DNA from: an uncultured Thermoanaerobaculia bacterium
GTDB taxonomy: Bacteria; Acidobacteriota; UBA4820; DSQY01
Length of the DNA stretch: 64,000 nucleotides
Reading direction: 5' to 3'
Assembly: GCA_964589625.1 (NCBI GenBank)
Contig: CAZPSH010000006.1
Coordinates: forward strand, 21,922 to 85,921
This document shows positions 1 to 7,366 of this stretch, in pieces. A model generated the notes under the pieces. That model had not been told where the DNA came from, ran no database searches, and saw only the letters and a list, made by a program, of their open reading frames with translations. Positions within the stretch are counted from its first letter, which is position 1. Each line of letters begins with the position of its first letter. A program made the position numbers and the translations under genes.

Positions 1-2
1 TC

Positions 3-30
3 TTGACATCGAACGGTAAGGGTCTATATT
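3..30 (+). promoter_or_regulatory. sigma70-like promoter (TTGACA, 16-nt spacer, TATATT) upstream of the kamA leader
   Basis: Near-consensus -35 TTGACA at 3-8 and -10 TATATT at 25-30, read directly; about 265 nt upstream of the kamA start. Confidence 0.4.
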
Positions 31-295
31 TCCCGTAAGTCGTAGCGTGCGCGGCGCATCGTCGTGGGCGGCGGCTGGTCTAGAGGAGGAGGTCGGGAGA
101 CGAGAGTCTTCCGTCTGAGAATGGAAGAGGGAAATGTCAGGAGCCTGCGTGCGCACAGGCACCGAGGGGTTTTGAGCCCCTCGCCGGCGGTGCCGTCCTC
201 GCCTCTTCCGGGCGAGGCTTTTTCTTTGATGGGCCGGAATCCTGGGCTCTGCGCGGCGCTCTTTCGCGGGAACGGATTCCCGCGGGGAGGAGACC
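31..295 (+). promoter_or_regulatory. Long structured 5' leader of the kamA operon; candidate riboswitch or attenuator (possibly lysine-responsive)
   Basis: About 265-nt untranslated leader containing nested hairpins (GGCACCG..CGGTGCC enclosing GAGGGG..CCCCTC) followed by an intrinsic terminator. The 5' segment AGAGGAGGAGG can pair with CCTCGCCTCT, which is also the 5' half of the terminator stem, giving an ON-switch topology. Weak resemblance to L-box motifs (AGAGG.., GAGAnGAGAGU, CACCGAGG). Confidence 0.35.
197..227 (+). terminator. Intrinsic terminator inside the kamA leader (stem CCTCGCC/GGCGAGG, loop TCTTCCG, then CTTTTTCTTT)
   Basis: Perfect 7-bp GC-rich stem plus T-rich tract, 70 nt upstream of the kamA ATG; the position implies transcription attenuation. 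Confidence 0.5.
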
Positions 296-1552
296 ATGCT
301 CGCGAATGAGGCGCCCGCGCGAGGAGCGGGCGGCCGGGCCCAGTTCTTTCCGGAGGCGACCGACGCCGAATGGAACGATTGGCGGTGGCAGTACAGGAAC
401 CGCGTCCGCGACCTGGACGTCCTGTCCCGGCTCCTTCCCCTGACCGCCGCCGAATACAAGCAGCTCAAGCTCCTGGGACCTCGCCTTCACCTCGGGATCC
501 CCCCCTACTACCTCAGCCTCATCGACCCGCAGGACCCGGACGATCCCGTGCGGCGCCAAGCCGTGCCCTCGCCTGCCGAGTTCCTTCCCCAGCATCCCGG
601 ACTCGTGGATCCGCTGGCCGAGGACAACCACATGGCCGTGGAGGGCCTCGTCCACAAGTACCCAGACCGCGCCCTCTTCATCGCCACCAACATGTGTCCC
701 ATGTACTGCCGGCACTGCACGCGGCGCCGCGAATGGGACGAAGGCGAGAAGCCCAAAAACCGCGGTCAGCTCGACCGCATGATCGGGTACATTCGTGAGA
801 CGCCCCAGATCCGGGACGTGATCTTTTCCGGCGGGGATCCCCTCTCCCTGCCCCTTTCGGTGCTCGATTACTGCCTCTCCGAGCTTCGGAAGATCCCCCA
901 CGTGGAGATCATCCGAATCGGGACGCGCTACCCGGTGGTCCTGCCCCAGCGGATCACACAGGACCTAACGAACCTCCTCTCCCGCCACCTCCCCCTCTGG
1001 GTCCACACCCACTTCAACCATCCCAACGAAATCACACCCGAGTCCTCCGAAGCCTGCCGGCGCATCCAGCGCGCGGGCGTTCCCATGAACAACCAGAGCG
1101 TCCTGCTCAGGGGCGTCAACGACAGCGCAGAGACCATGCTCCGGCTGTGCCATGGGCTTCTGCGCATCGGGGTTCGGCCCTACTACCTCTTCCAGTGCGA
1201 CCCGGTCCGGGGAGCCGAGCACCTGCGCACCTCCGTCTGGACGGGCGTCGAGATCCTGGAGAAGATGCGGGGGCACACCTCGGGCTTCGCGGTACCCACC
1301 TTCGTGGTGGACACCGAGGGCGGCGGGAAGATCCCCCTCGGTCCCACGTACCACCTGTATTCCACCGAGGACGCCTTGGTCCTGCGCAACTACGAGGGGC
1401 GGATCTTCCAGTACCGCAACCCCGCACCTCCTCCTCCGAGGAAACAGCGCCGGGCGCCCGGCCTCCCCTTCGAGGAAGCCGACAAGCCCCGCAAGCCGCG
1501 CCTCGTGAAGCGGGACCGGACGGTCGTCCATGCGAATCGGGCTGACGTTTGA
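296..1552 (+). CDS. kamA: L-lysine 2,3-aminomutase (radical SAM, PLP-dependent; KamA/AblA family)
   Basis: 418 aa. Radical-SAM motif CPMYCRHCTRRR. Collinear with clostridial KamA over the whole length (DAEWNDWRWQ.RN, PYYLSLIDP.DP.DPVRRQ, FNHPNEIT, NQSVLLRGVND, PYYLFQCD, VPTFVVD..GGGK); these motifs were recalled from memory, not searched. Confidence 0.9.
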   Translation: MLANEAPARGAGGRAQFFPEATDAEWNDWRWQYRNRVRDLDVLSRLLPLTAAEYKQLKLLGPRLHLGIPPYYLSLIDPQDPDDPVRRQAVPSPAEFLPQHPGLVDPLAEDNHMAVEGLVHKYPDRALFIATNMCPMYCRHCTRRREWDEGEKPKNRGQLDRMIGYIRETPQIRDVIFSGGDPLSLPLSVLDYCLSELRKIPHVEIIRIGTRYPVVLPQRITQDLTNLLSRHLPLWVHTHFNHPNEITPESSEACRRIQRAGVPMNNQSVLLRGVNDSAETMLRLCHGLLRIGVRPYYLFQCDPVRGAEHLRTSVWTGVEILEKMRGHTSGFAVPTFVVDTEGGGKIPLGPTYHLYSTEDALVLRNYEGRIFQYRNPAPPPPRKQRRAPGLPFEEADKPRKPRLVKRDRTVVHANRADV

Positions 1553-2525
1553 TCTCAAGCCGCCGGCGTGCGAACCGGCGGACGGGCAACCCGACGATCT
1601 CTATGAGGAATTCGACCCGCCCGAAACCGTGGGCGCCATCGCCTCCGCCATCGAGTCCCTCGGCCACGAGGTCGTTCCTCTCGGAGGCGGCCGGCCCTTC
1701 CTCGAAAAGGCGCTTGCCGAGCGCCTGGACTTCGTCTTCAACATCGCCGAAGGACGGGGGACGCTCCGCAGCCGCGAGGCCCAGGTACCCTCCGTCCTCG
1801 AGATGCTGGGCATCCCCTACGCCCTGTCCGACCCCCTCACGCTGGCCATAAGCCTGGACAAAGCCCTCACCAAACGCCTCGTGGCCTTCTCCGGCGTGGC
1901 CGTACCGGCGGACCTCCTCGTGCGCCGCGCCGCCGACCTCGACGGCGTGGAGAGGCTCCGATTTCCCTGCATCGCCAAACCGGCGTACGAGGGCTCCTCC
2001 AAGGGAATCCGCGACACGTCTGTGGTCCGGAGCCCGGAGGAGGCTCGCCGCCACGTGGAGGCCACCCTCCGCGTCTACGGGCAGCCCGTCCTTCTGGAGG
2101 AGTTCGTCTCGGGCGATGAGTACACGGTGGGCGTGGTGGGCAACGACCCGCCTCGCGCCATCGGTGCCATGCGCATTCGACCCAAGGCGGGCCCCCACCC
2201 GGACTTTGTATACTCCGTCGAGGTGAAGCGGGATTGGAGAAACCGGGTGGCCTACGACGTGCCGCCTCCCCTGGAGCCTCCACTCCTGATGCGGCTGTAC
2301 TCCGATGCGGTTCTCGCCTTCGAGGCACTGGAGTGCCGCGACGCGGCCCGAGTGGATTTCCGGTTGCGGGACGGGCGCCCCGTCTTCCTGGAAATCAACC
2401 CCCTTCCAGGTCTCTCCCCGATCTACGGAGACCTTCCCATCCTCGCACGGGGGATGGGAATCCCCTACCCGAAGCTGATGGAGGCCATTCTCAACGCGGC
2501 GCTGGCGCGCTGCGGCTTGGCCTGA
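1530..2525 (+). CDS. ATP-grasp ligase, D-alanine--D-alanine ligase family (paralog 1)
   Basis: 331 aa. Ddl-like motifs: FPCIAKPAYEGSSKGI, EEFVSGDEYTVGVVG, ARVDFRLRDGRPVFLEINPLPG, and an N-terminal Ddl-like domain. Start overlaps the kamA 3' end, indicating translational coupling. Confidence 0.75.
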   Translation: MRIGLTFDLKPPACEPADGQPDDLYEEFDPPETVGAIASAIESLGHEVVPLGGGRPFLEKALAERLDFVFNIAEGRGTLRSREAQVPSVLEMLGIPYALSDPLTLAISLDKALTKRLVAFSGVAVPADLLVRRAADLDGVERLRFPCIAKPAYEGSSKGIRDTSVVRSPEEARRHVEATLRVYGQPVLLEEFVSGDEYTVGVVGNDPPRAIGAMRIRPKAGPHPDFVYSVEVKRDWRNRVAYDVPPPLEPPLLMRLYSDAVLAFEALECRDAARVDFRLRDGRPVFLEINPLPGLSPIYGDLPILARGMGIPYPKLMEAILNAALARCGLA

Positions 2526-2554
2526 ACGTTCCTCTCTCACGTGGGAGCGCCGTC

Positions 2555-3673
2555 ATGAGCCAGACTCCCCAGGACCGGTCCCTCTCTCCCCCGGGGCACC
2601 AGGCCGCCCCGAAACCCTCTTCCGCCGAGTGGGAGGGGGAACAGCTCCGGATCTTCACGCTCCGGCGGAAGCCCGTCTTCGTCCTCTACAACGACTTCGA
2701 CAGCGACCTGGACGGAGGCATCGCCGAACGGGCCGTCCTCGAAACCGTCGAGGGGGTGTGCCGCGCCCTCGATGAAGGGGGGCGACAGGTGGAGAGGGTC
2801 CCCCTCGTGCCACCCCTCTCCGGGGCGGCCCGTTCGCTGGAGTCCCTCCCCAAGGGCTCCACCGTCTTCAACCTCTTCGAAGGGTTTGCCGACGACCCCC
2901 CTAGCGAAGTGGCCCTTGCCATCCACCTCCGGACCTTGAGGCTCCGCTCCACGGGATGTCCGCCCCTTTCCCTCCACCTGGGCCTCTACAAGGCCATCAC
3001 CAAGCGCTTTCTCCAGGGGGCGGGCCTTCCCACCGCCCCCTTCCGCGTTTACGCACGCTCCAGCGAGGCCCAGGAAGCTCCCCCCTTTGGTTTTCCCGCC
3101 TTTCTCAAACCCGCCGCCGAGGACGCGAGCCACGGCATCCAGGCCGAGAACCTCGTGCAGGATCAGGAGGACCTTCAAAGGCGGGTGCGCCTTCTCCTGG
3201 AGAGATTCCCTGCGGGAGTCCTGGCGGAACCCTTCCTCCCGGGACGGGAACTGAACTGCTCCGTCGTGGAGACGCCCGACGGAACCGTGGCGCTCCCCCC
3301 CTCGCTCGTAAACTACGAGGAGATGCCCACCTCCCATCCCAAGGTCCTGACCTTCGACGCGAAATGGGCCGAGGAGAGCGAGGCCTATCGGTCAACGCCG
3401 ACGGTCTGCCCGGCCCCGGTGGAACCGGGATTGATCCGCCGCATCCAAGGGCTCGCCCTCGAGGCCTACTCGGCCCTCGGGTGCCGGAGTTACGCCCGCG
3501 TGGATTTCAGGGAGGACCGGGAGGGGAACCTGCAGATCCTCGAGGTGAACCCGAATCCCGATTTCTCCCCGTCCGCCGGGCTGGCCAAGCAGGCCAAGGC
3601 CCACGGTTGGGACTACGCCGAACTCACCCTCCGGGTGCTCGCGGCGGCCGAGGTGAACGAGCCATGGACCTGA
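2555..3673 (+). CDS. ATP-grasp ligase, D-alanine--D-alanine ligase family (paralog 2)
   Basis: About 372 aa from ATG 2555 (GGGAG 8 nt upstream). Motifs FPAFLKPAAEDASHGI, EPFLPGRELNCSVVE, ARVDFREDREGNLQILEVNPNPDFSP. Confidence 0.75.
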   Translation: MSQTPQDRSLSPPGHQAAPKPSSAEWEGEQLRIFTLRRKPVFVLYNDFDSDLDGGIAERAVLETVEGVCRALDEGGRQVERVPLVPPLSGAARSLESLPKGSTVFNLFEGFADDPPSEVALAIHLRTLRLRSTGCPPLSLHLGLYKAITKRFLQGAGLPTAPFRVYARSSEAQEAPPFGFPAFLKPAAEDASHGIQAENLVQDQEDLQRRVRLLLERFPAGVLAEPFLPGRELNCSVVETPDGTVALPPSLVNYEEMPTSHPKVLTFDAKWAEESEAYRSTPTVCPAPVEPGLIRRIQGLALEAYSALGCRSYARVDFREDREGNLQILEVNPNPDFSPSAGLAKQAKAHGWDYAELTLRVLAAAEVNEPWT

Positions 3674-4185
3674 TCCTGAGAGCGCTCCAGCCCGGGGACC
3701 GTCCCCGGATTGCCTCCCTGCTCCGTTCCGCGAAAGTGTTCCGCGAGGACGAGGTGGACGTGGCCCTGGAACTCGTGGACGCCGTCCTGGGCCGGCCCGA
3801 CCACCCCGACTACCGATTCGCCGTCGCCGCCGCCGGCGACGAAGTGGCGGGCTACGCCTGCTGGGGCCCCACCCCCTGCACCCTCGGGACCTTCGACCTC
3901 TACTGGATCGCCGCCTCGCCCGCCTATCAGGGAAAGGGCGTCGGCCGTCTCCTCCTCTCCCACGCCGAAGCCGACATGGCGGCGAGGGGCGCCCGAATCT
4001 GCGTGATCGAGACCTCGTCCCTTCCCCGGTACTCTCCCGCACGGGACTTCTACCTCCGGATGGGCTACCGGGAAGAGGCCCGCCTGACGGAGTTCTACGC
4101 CCCAGGGGACGACAAGATCGTCTTCGTGCGAGACCCCTGCGGTTCCAGGGAACAAAGGGTCCCCCCCCTTGCTCCCGGCCCGTAA
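3664..4185 (+). CDS. GNAT family N-acetyltransferase (possible AblB-like beta-lysine acetyltransferase)
   Basis: 173 aa; acetyl-CoA binding region QGKGVGRLLL. ATG overlaps the stop of the upstream ligase (ATGGACCTGA). Confidence 0.75.
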   Translation: MDLILRALQPGDRPRIASLLRSAKVFREDEVDVALELVDAVLGRPDHPDYRFAVAAAGDEVAGYACWGPTPCTLGTFDLYWIAASPAYQGKGVGRLLLSHAEADMAARGARICVIETSSLPRYSPARDFYLRMGYREEARLTEFYAPGDDKIVFVRDPCGSREQRVPPLAPGP

Positions 4186-4190
4186 AGGTC

Positions 4191-4198
4191 TGTAGAAT
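4191..4198 (+). promoter_or_regulatory. Extended -10 promoter element TGTAGAAT upstream of pal
   Basis: TGnTAGAAT in a short AT-rich gap, 25 nt before the pal RBS GGAGG. Confidence 0.3.
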
Positions 4199-4222
4199 GA
4201 CTGTAATTGAATGGAGGTTGAA

Positions 4223-4780
4223 ATGAGCGCGCAAAAGGCCTTCCGATGGACCGCACTCCTGGCGCTGGGTCTCCTCCTGGTCGCCTTCTTGACGGGCTGC
4301 GCCACAAGGGAGGCCGCCTCCGCGGGTCCCGGCCCGGGAACCACCGTTCCTCCCTCCTCCCCTCCCAGCACATGGACGCCGGAGGCGCCGGCCACCCCCT
4401 CCCTCGACGTGGAAAGCAGCGCCGAGGCCTTCAACCGCCAGGGCGTCCTGGGTCGCATCCATTTCGACACCGACAAGTGGGAGATCCGAGCGGACGCGAG
4501 ACCCGTCCTCAAGGAGAACGCCGCCTGGCTCCTGGCCCACCCCCAATTCCGCGTATCGGTCGAGGGGCACTGCGACGAGAGGAACACCGAGGCGTACAAC
4601 CTCGCCCTGGGCGAACGACGGGCCAACTCCGCCAAGGAGTACCTCGTGGGTCTCGGAGTGCCCGCGGACCGGATACAGACCGTCTCCTACGGCAAGTCCC
4701 GTCCCGCGTGCGAGAGCCACGACGAGGCCTGCTGGCAGCAGAACCGCCGCGACGAGTTCCTTCTCATCGACGTGAAGTAG
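4223..4780 (+). CDS. pal: Peptidoglycan-associated lipoprotein Pal (OmpA-like domain)
   Basis: Lipobox LTGC after a signal peptide; C-terminal OmpA-like domain (HFDTDKWEIR, VEGHCDERNTEAYNLALGERRANSAKEYL). The ORF track starts at 4211, but the RBS favours ATG 4223. Confidence 0.85.
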   Translation: MSAQKAFRWTALLALGLLLVAFLTGCATREAASAGPGPGTTVPPSSPPSTWTPEAPATPSLDVESSAEAFNRQGVLGRIHFDTDKWEIRADARPVLKENAAWLLAHPQFRVSVEGHCDERNTEAYNLALGERRANSAKEYLVGLGVPADRIQTVSYGKSRPACESHDEACWQQNRRDEFLLIDVK

Positions 4781-4786
4781 GCGCCC

Positions 4787-5575
4787 ATGCGCATCCTCCG
4801 GCACGCCCTGGCCGCCGCGGCGGTCTTTGCGTCGGTCTCCGTCCTCGCCGGGACCCGCGAGGACATCCAGAGGCTGGACCAGCAGATGGCCGCCCTGGGC
4901 GCCCGCCTCCAGCAAGTGGAATCCCAGCTTCCACTCTTGCAGAAGGCTCTCCAGGACGTCTCCGCCCGGGTGGAGGCCCTGGGACGGGCCTCCCAGACGG
5001 CTGACATCCGCTCGGACCTGGAGGAGATCAAGAGGCGCCTGGAACAGGTTCAGGAGCAGGTCTCCGCCCTTCAGAGCCGTCAGGAACTCCCGGCCGCCCC
5101 GCCGCTCGTCGCACCGCCGGCGATCTTTGAAGCGCCCCAAGGGGAGACCCCGTCGGGGGCGGCAGCCCTTCTCCCCCTCGCGCAGGAGGCGCCGGGGGCG
5201 CCGGCCGCCCCCGACCTCTACGCCCAGGCCTACGCGGATTACCTCCAGGGCAAGTACGACCTCGCCCTGGAGGAGTTCCGCCGTTTCCTCCAGGCGTTCC
5301 CGGACGAAGGGCGCGCGGGAAACGCTCAGTACTGGATCGGGGAGTGCCTCTACAGCAAGAAGTCCTTCGGAGAGGCCAAGGAGGCCTTCCGGACGGTTCT
5401 TGACCGCTACCCGAAGAGCCCGAAGGTTCTTGCGGCCCGGCTCAAACTCGGGTTTTCCCACCTCGCGCTCGACGAGACGGCCCAGGGGATGACCGCACTC
5501 CGACTCCTGATCCAGTCCGCGCCGGATTCGGACGAGGCCGCCATCGCCCGGGAACGCCTCGCCCGGATCCAGTAG
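4787..5575 (+). CDS. cpoB: Tol-Pal system protein CpoB/YbgF (coiled-coil plus TPR)
   Basis: Signal peptide, coiled-coil region, C-terminal YbgF TPR motif (AQYWIGECLYSKKSFGEAKEAFRTVLDRYPKSPKV..KLG). Confidence 0.8.
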   Translation: MRILRHALAAAAVFASVSVLAGTREDIQRLDQQMAALGARLQQVESQLPLLQKALQDVSARVEALGRASQTADIRSDLEEIKRRLEQVQEQVSALQSRQELPAAPPLVAPPAIFEAPQGETPSGAAALLPLAQEAPGAPAAPDLYAQAYADYLQGKYDLALEEFRRFLQAFPDEGRAGNAQYWIGECLYSKKSFGEAKEAFRTVLDRYPKSPKVLAARLKLGFSHLALDETAQGMTALRLLIQSAPDSDEAAIARERLARIQ

Positions 5576-5887
5576 CCCCTCTCCGCCCTTTCGCGGTCCA
5601 CCCTCTCCGGAGGCGTCCAGACCGTTCCAACCTCGACGTGACCAGGGGCGGTGAATGGGTTCTTAAACCCCGCGTTCTCTTGCTCGGTCACAAGGAGGAC
5701 CCGGCGTGTGACCGCCGGCGTTTCTATGCCCCGGGGGTCCGCCGCCGCACGACGTCCCCTTTTTGCCACCTTCCCCTTGCGCGGCCGGGCGCGGGGCGTC
5801 GTATCCTGGGCGGGTGCCCCGGCCCGGAGCGTGAACTCGACAGGAGGAACCCTGGACCGCTACGAAACGTTCCGCGACGAGGATCTC

Positions 5888-6397
5888 ATGGCCCGCACCG
5901 CGGGGGGGGACCGCGACGCGCTCGGTACCCTCGTACGGCGCCACCAGGTGGCTGTTTACTCCATCGCGCGGAAGTACCTCGGCGACCGGATGGAGGCCGA
6001 GGACGTGGCCCAGGACGTATTCCTGCGGCTGTGGGAGGCGTCACCGCGCTACCGTCCCGAGAAGCCCCTGCCCGCGTACTTGAGGACAATCACCGTGAAC
6101 CTCTGCCTGGACCGGCGTCGCCGGCCTACCCTCTTTTCCATCGTGGACCCCGGAGCCATCCCCGGCTCCCCGGACCCCGAGGCCGGCGTGCGGTCCGCCG
6201 AGCGTGAGAAGGCCCTGATAAGGGCCCTGGCCGTCCTCCCGCCTGCCCAGAGAATGGCCATCGTGCTCTTCCACCTCGAAGGACTTCCCGTCGCGGAGAC
6301 CGCCCGTCTTCTTGAAATCGGCGTCAAGGCCGCCGAATCCCTCCTATCCCGGGGCCGCCGCGCCCTCCGGGAGAGACTGGCGGGGATCTTGGACTGA
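5888..6397 (+). CDS. ECF (extracytoplasmic function) sigma-70 family sigma factor
   Basis: Sigma region 2 (YSIARKYLGDRMEAEDVAQDVFLRLWE) and region 4 (LPPAQRMAIVLFHLEGLPVAETARLLEIGVKAAESLLSRGRRALRE). The start could instead be GTG 5830. Confidence 0.85.
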   Translation: MARTAGGDRDALGTLVRRHQVAVYSIARKYLGDRMEAEDVAQDVFLRLWEASPRYRPEKPLPAYLRTITVNLCLDRRRRPTLFSIVDPGAIPGSPDPEAGVRSAEREKALIRALAVLPPAQRMAIVLFHLEGLPVAETARLLEIGVKAAESLLSRGRRALRERLAGILD

Positions 6398-6458
6398 CGC
6401 GCTCACCGACCGAAGGATTTCCCTCTCCGGTACGTTATGCCTGTTCTAAGGAGGCCCC

Positions 6459-6917
6459 GTGAGGTGCGCTGAAGCCCTGAAGAAGATCGACCGGACGGCT
6501 CTCGGAGGACCCCACCCGACAAGGTCGGACTTCGCGGAGCACCTGGCTTCCTGCTCTGGCTGCGCCCGGGAGTTCCGGCGGCAGGCGGCCTTGCTGGACC
6601 TCCTCGGCCACAGCGATCCGCCGTGGGAGATCCCCGACCTAGCTCCCGCCGTCCTACGACGCCTCCCTCCGCGCCGGACCTTCCGCGACGGCCTGCGGCG
6701 GGTCGCCGCGGCGGCCCTGGCTCTGGCCGCCCTCGGCCTGGGGTACTTCCTGGGCAGGGCTTGGGCGCCCGCCGAGCCGCCCTCCACACCCTCCACGGCC
6801 ATGATGGCCGCCTACGGACAGGCACTCGCCGATGAGCCTTTCGGATCCCTCGAAAGGGCCTATTCGGGCCTCCGGCCCGGGGTCCAGACCGCCTCCGACA
6901 AAAGGAGTGGTCCATGA
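6459..6917 (+). CDS. Anti-sigma factor, zinc-finger (HxxxCxxC) type with a single transmembrane helix
   Basis: GTG start with RBS AAGGAGG; motif HLASCSGC; central hydrophobic helix (AAAALALAALGLGYFLG). Immediately downstream of the ECF sigma gene. Confidence 0.7.
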   Translation: MRCAEALKKIDRTALGGPHPTRSDFAEHLASCSGCAREFRRQAALLDLLGHSDPPWEIPDLAPAVLRRLPPRRTFRDGLRRVAAAALALAALGLGYFLGRAWAPAEPPSTPSTAMMAAYGQALADEPFGSLERAYSGLRPGVQTASDKRSGP

Positions 6918-7366
6918 GACACCGGTGGGTTACGCTTGCGCTTCTGGCCTCCCTCGCCCTCAACGTGGGGCTCCTCGTTGCCCTGATCCAGAGGGCTTCG
7001 CATCATCCCCACCCCATGTCCCCGCCCGATCTGGGTCTCTCCCCGGCCCTCCAGGCCCGGTGGGACGAAAACTTCGAAGGCTTTCGCGTCCGGATGGACG
7101 CGCTGAGGGCGGAAATGCGGGCGGAGCGCGAGAAGATGCTCGCCCTGCTGGCCTCGGATGACTGCACGCCGGAGGCCCTCTCCGACCACCGGGCCCGGCT
7201 CCAAGACCTGACGGATCGCCTGTTCCGGACCGTCACGGCGCATCTCCTCGAACAAAAGGAGCTTCTCGACCCGGACCAGCGCGAGCGGTTTTTCGCGGCC
7301 CTGCGCAACCACATGCCCGACTCGGTGGGCATGTCCCCCCATTCCCCAAAGGAGAAACGACCGTGA
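6914..7366 (+). CDS. Periplasmic Spy/CpxP/ZraP-like protein (heavy-metal / envelope-stress family)
   Basis: Signal peptide, His-rich stretch (SHHPHPMSP), LxxxQ-type helical repeats (LDPDQRERFFAAL). ATG overlaps the anti-sigma stop. Confidence 0.6.
   Translation: MRHRWVTLALLASLALNVGLLVALIQRASHHPHPMSPPDLGLSPALQARWDENFEGFRVRMDALRAEMRAEREKMLALLASDDCTPEALSDHRARLQDLTDRLFRTVTAHLLEQKELLDPDQRERFFAALRNHMPDSVGMSPHSPKEKRP

Noticed and set aside
137-901. 254-aa minus-strand ORF antisense to the 5' half of kamA
   Set aside because: Lies entirely inside the strongly conserved KamA coding sequence. Ala/Arg/Gly/Pro-rich composition typical of GC-rich shadow frames, with no recognisable motifs.
3392-5461. 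689-aa minus-strand ORF spanning the ligase, GNAT, pal and cpoB genes
   Set aside because: Shadow ORF across four well-supported plus-strand genes; the translation is low-complexity (R/G/P-rich).
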